Source of the DNA: an uncultured Bacillota bacterium
GTDB lineage: Bacteria; Bacillota_I; Bacilli_A; RF39; UBA660
Length of the DNA: 64,000 bases
NCBI GenBank assembly: GCA_942493215.1
Contig: OW818670.1
Coordinates: forward strand, 1,099,298 to 1,163,297
Direction: 5' to 3'
The notes below the pieces were generated by a model. It worked only from the letters and a program-made list of their open reading frames with translations. It did not search any database and was not told where the DNA came from. The position numbers were made by a program, and so were the translations under genes. This document shows positions 19,382-28,343 of the stretch, piece by piece (position 1 is the stretch's first letter; every line of letters begins with the position of its first letter).

Positions 19382-20542
19382 ATGGAAAATAGATTTATTA
19401 ATAATTTTCGTAAAAGTGTAAGTGTTAGAGTAAAAGGAAAGAGTATTAATCGGTTTATTCAAAGAGTAGTTAATAATAAAATAGCAATATTGGATTTAAA
19501 TTATCTTAGTTACAATACAATTAATATAAAAATATATGTGGAAGATTATTTAAAGATACTGAAAATAAAAACGATTTATGATATATCTATTATCGATGGT
19601 TATGGGATGCTAAAGTATAAGGTGTTGTTTAAAAAGAATTTATTATTAATTATTACTATTATTATCGGTTTTTGTTTGTTATTTACACTTAGTAATATGG
19701 TCTTTAAAGTAGAAGTTGTCCATAATAATCGCCATTTACGAGAGATATTAATTGAGGAATTAGCGGATAATGGTTTAAAAGTAGGAAGTTTTGCTAAAAA
19801 TTACCAGGAAATAAAAGAAATAAAAAATAATATTTTGAATAAACATAAAGACACGATTGAATGGTTAGAAATAGAACGGGTTGGTACTAAATATATAGTA
19901 AGAGTTGAACAAAGAATTATTCCTAATAAAGATAATAATAATACTAAGCAACACATTATATCTAGTAAGTATGCTATTATTAAAAAAATTGTGGCTTCCA
20001 AAGGACAAATTGTTAAAAATATTAATGATTATGTTGCCCCTGGGGATATTATTATTAGTGGTAATATTGAATTGAATGGTAGTGTTAAAGATACTGTTAG
20101 AGCCGAAGGAATAGTCTATGGTGAGGTTTGGTATCAAACAAGTATTGAATATCCCTTAACATATTATGAAGAAAAGTTTACCGGTGATGATGCTAATGTT
20201 TTAGTATTAGATATTTTCAATCATAAAATAGAGCTCTTTAAAAAATATCAATATAAATATAGTGAAGAAAAGAAACTTCTTAGTCATAACATATTACCAC
20301 TCGAAATAACCATTGAACATCAAAGAGAAATTAAGAAAATTGAAGATATATTAACTTATGAACAAGCTATTGATAAGGCTATTACTTTAGCTCGTGATAA
20401 GATTATGGCTAATTTAACACCCGATGAAGAAATAATTAGTCAAAAGCAATTGAAAGTTACCTTAAAAAATAGTAAAATAATAGTAGATATATTTTTTACA
20501 GTATATGAAAATATTACGATGCATAAAGATATAGAAGGATAG
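19382..20542 (+). CDS. yqfD: YqfD-like (stage IV sporulation) membrane protein
   Basis: 386 aa, single TM around residue 90, synteny immediately after the yqfC-like gene. Confidence 0.55.
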   Translation: MENRFINNFRKSVSVRVKGKSINRFIQRVVNNKIAILDLNYLSYNTINIKIYVEDYLKILKIKTIYDISIIDGYGMLKYKVLFKKNLLLIITIIIGFCLLFTLSNMVFKVEVVHNNRHLREILIEELADNGLKVGSFAKNYQEIKEIKNNILNKHKDTIEWLEIERVGTKYIVRVEQRIIPNKDNNNTKQHIISSKYAIIKKIVASKGQIVKNINDYVAPGDIIISGNIELNGSVKDTVRAEGIVYGEVWYQTSIEYPLTYYEEKFTGDDANVLVLDIFNHKIELFKKYQYKYSEEKKLLSHNILPLEITIEHQREIKKIEDILTYEQAIDKAITLARDKIMANLTPDEEIISQKQLKVTLKNSKIIVDIFFTVYENITMHKDIEG

Positions 20543-20551
20543 GGTGAATAA

Positions 20552-21154
20552 GTGATAAGAGAAACTTTTATTGACATATTTAAAGCTCGGTGGTTATCAA
20601 TTTTTGTTGCTCTTATTATAACAGCAATTATTAGAATAATTTGGCTTAAGGTTAAGAATGAAAAACCCATTTTTTATAAAGAAATATTTTATGGCATATT
20701 TGCTATATACATAGTATGTTTATTCTATGTTGTAACTTTTCAAGATGTTGATTGGTCAACATACAATTTAACACCTTTTAAGGAGATATTTCGTTACTCA
20801 TTAGGAAGTAATCCGTTTATCAAGAATGTTATAGGTAATATGATTATGTTTCTACCATTTGGCTTTTTTGTCGGATATATATTTAAATTAAAAAAAGGAC
20901 GATGGGCTTTATTACTATCTATTATTACATCATTAATAATTGAAACTATTCAATATAAGATTGGTCGTGTATTTGATATTGATGATATATTACTTAATGT
21001 TATTGGTGGTACCATTGGATATTATCTCTATTATTGTTTAGATATTATTCAAAGAAGATTGCCTAAGTTTATCAATAAGAATATTATTTGTAATATCATT
21101 ATTTGTTTAGTAGTAGTACTGTTTATTATTTATTTAGGAGGTTTTTATGAATAA
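20552..21154 (+). CDS. VanZ-like family membrane protein
   Basis: Four TM segments with NMIMFLPFGFF and ETIQYKIGRVFDIDDILLNVIGGTIG matching VanZ-like signatures. Confidence 0.5.
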   Translation: MIRETFIDIFKARWLSIFVALIITAIIRIIWLKVKNEKPIFYKEIFYGIFAIYIVCLFYVVTFQDVDWSTYNLTPFKEIFRYSLGSNPFIKNVIGNMIMFLPFGFFVGYIFKLKKGRWALLLSIITSLIIETIQYKIGRVFDIDDILLNVIGGTIGYYLYYCLDIIQRRLPKFINKNIICNIIICLVVVLFIIYLGGFYE

Positions 21155-21593
21155 ATTTGAGGTTATCAATGAGACAAACGAAGATATAGAAGAATTAAAG
21201 ACAGTAAAAGAATTATTAACTTTTGCTTTAAAAGAAGAACATTTAACAAATGTTGAGTTTAATGTTATTATTGTTAATATTGATACAATTCATAAACTAA
21301 ATAAAGAGTATCGGAGCATTGATGCTCCGACTGACGTTATTAGTTTTGCGTTAGAAGATTATGAAGATATTACTTATCAAGATATTCGTTTATTGGGCGA
21401 TATTTATATATGTTTAGAAAGAGCACATAGTCAAGCTGAAGACTATGGTCATAGTTTTTTAAGGGAATTATCTTTTTTAACAATTCATGGATTATTACAT
21501 TTACTAGGTTATGATCATATGAAGGAGAGTGATGAAAAAATTATGTTTGCTAAACAAGAGGAGATTTTAAATAATTATGGTATCAAAAGATAA
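21147..21593 (+). CDS. ybeY: rRNA maturation endoribonuclease YbeY
   Basis: HGLLHLLGYDH zinc-binding motif. Confidence 0.9.
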   Translation: MNKFEVINETNEDIEELKTVKELLTFALKEEHLTNVEFNVIIVNIDTIHKLNKEYRSIDAPTDVISFALEDYEDITYQDIRLLGDIYICLERAHSQAEDYGHSFLRELSFLTIHGLLHLLGYDHMKESDEKIMFAKQEEILNNYGIKR

Positions 21594-21975
21594 GATAATT
21601 AGGATTAAAGATGAGGGTTCATTATTAACACGTTATAGGAAGAGCTTCACTCATGCAGTCGATGGATTCAAGTATTATGCTTGTAATGAACATAATATGA
21701 TTATCATTATACTTGCTACCATAGTAGTAGTTATAGCGGGTTTTTATTTTAATATCAATAAATATGAATGGTTGTTTTGTATTACGATTATTGGTTGTAT
21801 AATATCATCCGAGCTAATTAATTCGGCTATTGAAGCAACTTTAGATTTATGTCATCCTAATATTCATCCTTTAGCTAAAATAGCGAAAGATGCAGTCGGG
21901 GCAGCAGTATTAGTTTTAAGTATTGTTTCTATTATTGGTGCTATTATTATTTTTGTTCCTAAACTTAATTTATAA
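21577..21975 (+). CDS. dgkA: DgkA-family (diacylglycerol / undecaprenol kinase) membrane protein
   Basis: About 130 aa, three TM segments, SELINSAIEA motif, conserved neighbourhood. Confidence 0.8.
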   Translation: MVSKDKIIRIKDEGSLLTRYRKSFTHAVDGFKYYACNEHNMIIIILATIVVVIAGFYFNINKYEWLFCITIIGCIISSELINSAIEATLDLCHPNIHPLAKIAKDAVGAAVLVLSIVSIIGAIIIFVPKLNL

Positions 21976-21985
21976 AGGAGTAATT

Positions 21986-22369
21986 ATGAAAGAAAAATTA
22001 ACAAAATTATTAAATAATTCTTATGTTCCATATTCTAATTTTCATGTAGGTTGTATTGCGGTTATGAACGATGGTAAAGAGATTAGTGGTGTCAATGTTG
22101 AAAATGCTGCTTATGGATCTACGATATGTGCTGAAAGAAGTGCTATTGTAAGTTCTATAAGTAGCGGTTATAAAAAAGGAGACTTTGATAAATTATATGT
22201 TATGTCATCAAGTGGGGAATTAACAACCCCTTGTTTTGCGTGCCGTCAAGTATTTGTTGAACTATTGAATAGTAATACAAAAATAATATGTATTTATAAT
22301 GATGGTGAAAAAGAGTTTACGGTTGCGGATTTATGTCCATATGCTTTTACATCTGAGGATCTAAAATGA
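21986..22369 (+). CDS. cdd: cytidine deaminase
   Basis: Zinc-binding CAERSAI and PCFACRQ motifs; start refined to ATG 21986 after AAAGGAG. Confidence 0.85.
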   Translation: MKEKLTKLLNNSYVPYSNFHVGCIAVMNDGKEISGVNVENAAYGSTICAERSAIVSSISSGYKKGDFDKLYVMSSSGELTTPCFACRQVFVELLNSNTKIICIYNDGEKEFTVADLCPYAFTSEDLK

Positions 22370-23250
22370 AATCTGGTTTTGTAAGTATTATTGGTAGACC
22401 AAATGTTGGCAAATCAACACTACTAAATAGTATTATTGGTAAACATATCGCGATTACTTCTAATAAACCGCAAACGACCCGTAATCTTATTCAGGGTATA
22501 TATAATGATGATGATGCTCAAATAATTTTTGTGGATACACCTGGTATTCATAAACCTAATCATAAATTGGGTAAATATTTAAATAGACAAGCTTATTATA
22601 GTATTGATGATGTTGATGTTATTCTTTTTATGGCAGATGCTAGTGAAGATATGGGACCAGGTGATAAATATATTATTGATCATCTAAAAGAAGTCGATAA
22701 ACCGGTTATCTTATTACTTAATAAGGTTGATATTGTCAATAAACTTAATCTTCTACCTAAAATAGAAGCTTATAAGAATTTGTTTGATTTTAAAGAAATA
22801 ATTCCAATATCTGGTTTAACTAAAGATAATATGGAAGTTCTTATTAAAGTATTAAAGGGTTATTTACCGGATAGTGTTAAATATTATGAAGATAATCAGT
22901 ATACTAATCAGACTAGAAACTTCTTAATTGCCGAGTTAGTTAGAGAAAAAATATTTAACTTAACGGATGAGGAAGTACCACATTCGGTCGCGTGTATAAC
23001 TGAAGGAATTGAAAAAAATAATAATAGTTATAAAATTAATGTTGCTATTATTGTTGATCGTGATTCTTTAAAGAAAATAATTATTGGTAAACAAGGGACA
23101 AAGATAAAACAAATAGGTATGGAAACAAGAGAAGAATTAGAAAAATTAATGGGTAGAAAAGTATATCTAGAACTATTCGTTAAAACCGAAAAAAAATGGC
23201 GTGATAAAGAAGCTATGTTGTCAGAATTTGGGTATAAAGATTTACCATAA
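22366..23250 (+). CDS. era: GTPase Era
   Basis: GRPNVGKSTLLN, DTPG, NKVD GTPase motifs plus C-terminal KH domain. Confidence 0.95.
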   Translation: MKSGFVSIIGRPNVGKSTLLNSIIGKHIAITSNKPQTTRNLIQGIYNDDDAQIIFVDTPGIHKPNHKLGKYLNRQAYYSIDDVDVILFMADASEDMGPGDKYIIDHLKEVDKPVILLLNKVDIVNKLNLLPKIEAYKNLFDFKEIIPISGLTKDNMEVLIKVLKGYLPDSVKYYEDNQYTNQTRNFLIAELVREKIFNLTDEEVPHSVACITEGIEKNNNSYKINVAIIVDRDSLKKIIIGKQGTKIKQIGMETREELEKLMGRKVYLELFVKTEKKWRDKEAMLSEFGYKDLP

Positions 23251-23301
23251 TATGTATATATTATAGCCTTATGTTGTATTATATAATAAAGAGGGATATA
23301 T

Positions 23302-23391
23302 ATGAAGAAACAACTATTATGGGACTTATTTACATCGACGGGTAAAATCGAATATTACCTTAAATGGAAGAATTATAAAGAAGAAAAATAA
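23302..23391 (+). CDS. yqzL: YqzL-family small protein (29 aa), absent from the ORF track
   Basis: MKKQLLWDLFTSTGKIEYYLKWKNYKEEK resembles the YqzL pattern (W..F..TG.I..YLL.K); RBS AAGAGGGA; same era-yqzL-recO position as in Bacillus. Confidence 0.5.
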   Translation: MKKQLLWDLFTSTGKIEYYLKWKNYKEEK

Positions 23392-23399
23392 AGGTAGAA

Positions 23400-24137
23400 G
23401 TGATTATGTTAGAATGTGTTGAGGGTATAGTAATTAATACTAAAGATTATGGTGAAAGTAGTAAAATATTATATATTTTTACGAAACAGTATGGTACGAT
23501 TGGTGTTTTAGCAAAAGGTTGTAAACAAATAAAAAGTGATCTACGTATTTATAGTGATCGATTAGTATATGGTTATTTTAATATTTATTATAAGAAAGAT
23601 AAACTATCTACTTTAAAAAGTGTAACTATTATTAATCATTTAAAGAATATTAAAAAAGATATTAATCTTTTAAGTTATACTCTTTATATTTTAGAATTAA
23701 CTAATCAAGTATCTAAAGAACATTTTGAGGAATCACTTTATGATTTAGCACTCTCTAGCCTACTTAAAATTGAAGATTTATTTGATCCTAGTGTTATTAT
23801 GAACATATTAGAATTAAAGTATCTTGATTTTTTAGGAGTAATGCCGATATTAGATGAGTGTGCGATATGTGGTAAGAAAACCAATATTGTTACATTGTCT
23901 GGTAGTCGTGGTGGCTACATATGTGGTGATTGTTATACTAATGAAAAAAAAGTAAGTGATAAAGCAATGAAACTAATAAGAATGTTTTATTATGTGGATA
24001 TTGCTAAAATATCAACTTTAAATATAAGTGTAGATGTTAAAAGAGAAATAAATGAATTTCTTGATGATTATTATGATCGTTATACAGGCTTATACTTAAA
24101 TAGTAAAAAATTCTTAAATAATTTAGTTAAAATATAA
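23400..24137 (+). CDS. recO: DNA repair protein RecO
   Basis: OB-fold N-terminus (VINTKDYGESSKIL) and C-terminal zinc motif CAICGKK...CGDC. Confidence 0.85.
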   Translation: MIMLECVEGIVINTKDYGESSKILYIFTKQYGTIGVLAKGCKQIKSDLRIYSDRLVYGYFNIYYKKDKLSTLKSVTIINHLKNIKKDINLLSYTLYILELTNQVSKEHFEESLYDLALSSLLKIEDLFDPSVIMNILELKYLDFLGVMPILDECAICGKKTNIVTLSGSRGGYICGDCYTNEKKVSDKAMKLIRMFYYVDIAKISTLNISVDVKREINEFLDDYYDRYTGLYLNSKKFLNNLVKI

Positions 24138-24145
24138 ATAACTTG

Positions 24146-24180
24146 ACAAAATACCAATTATAGACTAAAATTTATTTATA
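24146..24180 (+). promoter_or_regulatory. sigma-A-type promoter TTGACA-17-TAAAAT upstream of the T-box leader
   Basis: TTGACAaaataccaattatagacTAAAAT. Confidence 0.45.
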
Positions 24181-24181
24181 C

Positions 24182-24360
24182 AAGTGATGACAAAGAGGAA
24201 TTATATAAAATAATCAAGTGATTTAGGGCTAGTGGGAACCTAATTTAAATTATATAATTTGGAACTTTCGAGCTATATTTAATAAAGCTGATTCTTTTAG
24301 AATAAGTAAGGTGGAACCGCGAGTTATATCGTCCTTACAATCTCTAGAAGAATTTTTTTA
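24182..24360 (+). promoter_or_regulatory. T-box riboswitch leader (glycine-type) upstream of glyQS
   Basis: Stem-I GA/K-turn element AGUGAUGA at the 5' end; conserved T-box sequence AAGUAAGGUGGAACCGCGAG (UGGA fits a tRNA-Gly discriminator) at 24302-24322; U7 run at 24350-24356. Confidence 0.5.
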
Positions 24361-24373
24361 TAGGAGGGATAAT

Positions 24374-24646
24374 ATGACTAAGAAAAATAGTGCAACTCAA
24401 AAATTAATTAACTATAACAAAAGGCAAATAGAGTTTCTATACGGGCGACAAAATCGTCTTATTATGGAAAAGAAGTACTGGTATGCTAGATTATACTATT
24501 ACTATATATGGCATGAACAATGGCGACTAAATGGTGCTGTTGCGTACCCTTCTTCCTTTAGTACATCACAAGGGGAAAGAGTTACAGAAGCAGAAGCTGA
24601 ATCGATGAACGCCAAAACATTAAGAAGATATTATGCTATTAAATAA
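24374..24646 (+). CDS. small hypothetical ORF (90 aa) between the T-box leader and glyQS; coding status uncertain
   Basis: AGGAGGG RBS then ATG 24374; but enriched in rare codons (GGG, CGA, GCG, TCG) relative to neighbours; the track's upstream extension overlaps the T-box and is rejected. Confidence 0.3.
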   Translation: MTKKNSATQKLINYNKRQIEFLYGRQNRLIMEKKYWYARLYYYYIWHEQWRLNGAVAYPSSFSTSQGERVTEAEAESMNAKTLRRYYAIK

Positions 24647-24660
24647 AAGGAGGAAAGAAA

Positions 24661-26034
24661 ATGGAACAATTTAAAATGGAAGACTTAGTTAATTTATGTA
24701 AACAATATGGATTTATATTTCAAGGTAGTGAAATATATGGAGGTCTTGCTAATACGTGGGATTTTGGTCCATTAGGCGCTGAATTAAAGAATAATATTAA
24801 GAAAGCATGGATAAAGAAATTTGTTCAAGAAGATCCTAATAATGTTGGATTAGATAGTGCTATTTTAATGAATCCTAAAGTATGGGAGGCAAGTGGGCAT
24901 TTATCAACATTTAGTGATCCATTAATTGATTGTCGTCATTGTAAAACAAGATATAGGGCTGATAAACTAGTTGAGGATAATGGTGTAGCTGATGCTGGTG
25001 GTATGAGCAATGAAGACCTAATTAGTTATATTAAAGAACATAATTTAGTTTGTCCTAAATGTGGTAAATTAGATTATACTGATATTCGTCAATTTAATTT
25101 AATGTTCAAAACATTTCAAGGTGTAACTGAAGATAATAAGAGTACTATTTATTTGAGACCTGAAACAGCTCAAGGAATATTTACTAATTTCTTAAATGTA
25201 CAACGTAGTATGCGTTTAAAAGTACCATTTGGTGTTGCACAAGTAGGAAAAAGTTTTCGTAATGAGATAACACCTGGTAATTTTATCTTTCGAGTTCGTG
25301 AATTTGAACAAATGGAATTAGAGTTCTTCTGTAGACCAGGTACCGAATTAGACTGGTTTAATTATTATCGTAGTTATTGTAAAAATTTCTTACTATCACT
25401 AGGTATTAAAGAAGATAAACTACGTTTAAGAGATCATTCAAAAGAAGAATTATCCTTCTATAGTAATGCGACAACGGATATTGAGTATGAATTCCCATTT
25501 GGTTGGGGTGAATTATGGGGTATTGCCAGTCGTACTGATTATGATTTAAAACAACATCAAAAGTTTTCTGGTGAAACTTTACAATATCTTGATCCTGAAA
25601 CTAATGAAAAATATGTTCCATATGTTATTGAACCAAGTTTAGGTGTAGAAAGATTAGTTCTAACAACTCTATGTAATGCTTATCATAAAGATATTCTCGC
25701 CAATAATGAAGAAAGAGAAGTACTTAGTTTACATCCTTTCTTAGCTCCTTATAAAATAGCTATTTTACCACTTATTAAAAAGAATCATAGTGAGAAAGCT
25801 AATGAGATATATAAAACATTAAGTAAGGATTTTATGATTACATATGATGAAAGTGGTAATATTGGTAAGCGTTATCGTCGTCAAGATGTTATTGGAACAC
25901 CATTTTGTATTACCATTGATGACAATACCATCAATAATGATACGGTTACTGTTCGTGATCGTGATACCATGGAACAAATAGTCTTACCAATCAATAATTT
26001 AAAAGAATACATTCTTGAAAAAATACAGTTTTAA
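24661..26034 (+). CDS. glyQS: glycine--tRNA ligase (alpha2 dimeric class II type)
   Basis: Class II motifs [13 protein letters not shown] and a C-terminal anticodon-binding domain; AAAGGAGG RBS. Confidence 0.95.
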   Translation: MEQFKMEDLVNLCKQYGFIFQGSEIYGGLANTWDFGPLGAELKNNIKKAWIKKFVQEDPNNVGLDSAILMNPKVWEASGHLSTFSDPLIDCRHCKTRYRADKLVEDNGVADAGGMSNEDLISYIKEHNLVCPKCGKLDYTDIRQFNLMFKTFQGVTEDNKSTIYLRPETAQGIFTNFLNVQRSMRLKVPFGVAQVGKSFRNEITPGNFIFRVREFEQMELEFFCRPGTELDWFNYYRSYCKNFLLSLGIKEDKLRLRDHSKEELSFYSNATTDIEYEFPFGWGELWGIASRTDYDLKQHQKFSGETLQYLDPETNEKYVPYVIEPSLGVERLVLTTLCNAYHKDILANNEEREVLSLHPFLAPYKIAILPLIKKNHSEKANEIYKTLSKDFMITYDESGNIGKRYRRQDVIGTPFCITIDDNTINNDTVTVRDRDTMEQIVLPINNLKEYILEKIQF

Positions 26035-26083
26035 AATGGATTAATTTGTGCTATAATCAAAGTAATGATAGAGGTGTATTAAA

Positions 26084-26482
26084 ATGAAAAAATGGATATT
26101 TTCGTTCCTATTAATATCTCTTTTATTAGTAGGATGTAGAAGTACTACCACAAATAATCAAAAAGTAATTGATACGGAAGCATGGCCTGATTCTAAAGCT
26201 GTTGCGTATGTACCTATATTTAGTAAAGGTGAATATGTTAGTGGTAAATGTTCTAATACGAACTGTGAAATAATATTCAAAGATGTTGAATCTTTATCTT
26301 TTGATGAATATACAGCCACTTTAATTAAATGGGATTATGTTGTTAATAGTACTAATAAAGTAATTGATAAAGAAAAAATCTATGAAGCTAGTAACGAATA
26401 CTTCGCGTATGTAAAAGTTACTTATAATACGAATAGCAAAACAATTACCATTAATAGTAGTATCAAAAATTTGAAGAAATAA
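26084..26482 (+). CDS. lipoprotein (hypothetical)
   Basis: Signal peptide with lipobox LLVGC; followed by terminator AAGACAAG-ggtaa-CTTGTCTTTTTT (26485-26510). Confidence 0.6.
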   Translation: MKKWIFSFLLISLLLVGCRSTTTNNQKVIDTEAWPDSKAVAYVPIFSKGEYVSGKCSNTNCEIIFKDVESLSFDEYTATLIKWDYVVNSTNKVIDKEKIYEASNEYFAYVKVTYNTNSKTITINSSIKNLKK

Positions 26483-26546
26483 AAAGACAAGGGTAACTTG
26501 TCTTTTTTCTCACCTTATAATATAATAAAATAGAGTAGGTGATAGA

Positions 26547-28343
26547 ATGATAAAAATAATAAAAAAAGAATTATTAATCTTAACCGTTAGTATTATTTTA
26601 TTAGTACTTGGTATTATCTTCTCACCCCTAAAAATATCCTTTTTTATCTTGGCTTATTTGATATTAAGTTATAATATTATGATTAAAATAATTAAAGACT
26701 TTATGAATGGTAAGATGGCGATTGAATTACAAATAATAATCATTGTGACACTAGGATTAATATATTTAAAACAATATAATGATGGTATCACTATTCTAAT
26801 ATTATATAAAATAATTATCTTATTAAAGAAAATATTATTAGCTAAATCACAATCAGAATTAAATTATCTTAGTACTTTAAAATGTAATAACGCCAATTTA
26901 AAACTTGATGATAAAATCATAACGGTTAATATTGAACGGATTAGAGTTAATGATATTATTGTTATTAATAAAAATGAGATAATTCCCTTAGATGGTTATG
27001 TTGTAAAAGGTGATTCAAAAGTTGATTTCTCAATTTTAAAATCCGAATCAAACATAAAAGAGATAACAGTCGGTGATAATATCAAAAGTGGTATGAAAAA
27101 TCTTGATGATGTTTTAGAACTACTTGTTACAACCACCTATAATGATACTTATTTAACACGAATCCATCAACTTTTACCTAAAAAAAATGATCTTAAAAAT
27201 AAACTTCAATTATTAATTAAACATATATATAAATACTATTTAGTATTAACTGTTTTAGTATTAATCGTAATGGGAATAATTAGTATTTTAAAAATATGGC
27301 ATTTTACTGATGTAGGTATATATCACTTATTAGGAATCTTATTATTAACGAGCTGTGAAACCTTATTATTAACTATTAATTTCAATTATAATAATAGTAT
27401 TGATAGATGTTTAAAAGAAGGTATTTACATTCGAAAGAAAAATATCTTTGACCACCTTATAAGAATGAAAAAAATAGTTTTCTCTTTTAATGAAGTATTT
27501 ACTAAAAAGAGTTATAAGATTAATCAAGTAATTCCCTATAATATAAGTAAACAACAATTTCTAATGTATACAGCAAGCGCTAGTTATTATGGTAGTGATT
27601 TGTTAGCGCTAACCTTAAAAGAATGTGATCATAATATTAATTTTAATAACATTAATAATTATACAAAAATAAATAATGATTCTTATCAGGCTACAGTTAA
27701 CAATAAATTAGTGCTTATTGGCAATAAAAAGATTTTCTTTGAACGTAAAATAAAGTTCCCTAATATTGATATTGTTGGTACATCTATTTTAGTAGCAATA
27801 GATAATGAATATATAGGAACGATTATTCTAGAAGAGGAAATTAAAGAAGATAGCTTTTCAATAAACTCTAAATTACAAAAATACAATTTAGAAATGTTAG
27901 CTTTTCTAAATAGTGATAATAAAGGACTAATGAATAAGTTAAATGATAAATTAGATTTTTCTATTCAATATGCTGATGAGGTAGAAAACGAAATATTAGC
28001 CTTAAAAAAAGATAATGTTGTTGGCTATGTTGGTAATAATAGTGATTGTTTAGAATTAGCGGATATTGGTATTACTATTAAACCCGATATGGAATTAATT
28101 GATAGTAGTGACATTATTATTGAAAATAACCATATTGAGACTATAACCAAAGTTTTAGATATAGCTAATCAAAATAAGAAGAATATTACATTTGATCTTA
28201 TTATGGCTGGTATAGCTAAAATATTGTCGATTATTTTTATTATATTAAACTTATCAATCTCTCTAATATTATTATCGGAAATAATTGCAATGATTGTCAT
28301 AGCAATAAAAAGCATTATAAAGAGCAAACAAAAAGAGTTTTAA
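26547..28343 (+). CDS. P-type ATPase-like membrane protein with degenerate catalytic motifs (probable pseudo-ATPase)
   Basis: Membrane/cytoplasmic-domain/membrane topology of a P-type ATPase; the GDGxND-position reads VGYVGNNSDCLELADIGI and the C-terminal TM pair is P-type-like; no DKTGT phosphorylation motif or TGES motif found. Confidence 0.4.
   Translation: MIKIIKKELLILTVSIILLVLGIIFSPLKISFFILAYLILSYNIMIKIIKDFMNGKMAIELQIIIIVTLGLIYLKQYNDGITILILYKIIILLKKILLAKSQSELNYLSTLKCNNANLKLDDKIITVNIERIRVNDIIVINKNEIIPLDGYVVKGDSKVDFSILKSESNIKEITVGDNIKSGMKNLDDVLELLVTTTYNDTYLTRIHQLLPKKNDLKNKLQLLIKHIYKYYLVLTVLVLIVMGIISILKIWHFTDVGIYHLLGILLLTSCETLLLTINFNYNNSIDRCLKEGIYIRKKNIFDHLIRMKKIVFSFNEVFTKKSYKINQVIPYNISKQQFLMYTASASYYGSDLLALTLKECDHNINFNNINNYTKINNDSYQATVNNKLVLIGNKKIFFERKIKFPNIDIVGTSILVAIDNEYIGTIILEEEIKEDSFSINSKLQKYNLEMLAFLNSDNKGLMNKLNDKLDFSIQYADEVENEILALKKDNVVGYVGNNSDCLELADIGITIKPDMELIDSSDIIIENNHIETITKVLDIANQNKKNITFDLIMAGIAKILSIIFIILNLSISLILLSEIIAMIVIAIKSIIKSKQKEF

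Noticed and set aside
19801-20137. Minus-strand ORFs 19801..20001 and 19865..20137 within the yqfD-like gene, and 20440..20670 across the yqfD/VanZ junction
   Set aside because: Antisense, AT-rich low-complexity translations without RBS.
24311-24373. Upstream extension of the small ORF (track start 24311)
   Set aside because: The extension overlaps the conserved T-box sequence and the terminator U-run. The ATG at 24374 with an AGGAGGG RBS is the only plausible start, if the ORF is coding at all.
27686-27886. 66-aa minus-strand ORF within the P-type ATPase-like gene (also 32267..32497, 42552..42782, 45428..45637, 49165..49392, 58969..59223, 61298..61573)
   Set aside because: All are antisense or overlapping short ORFs typical of AT-rich DNA. 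None has an RBS or coding-like composition.
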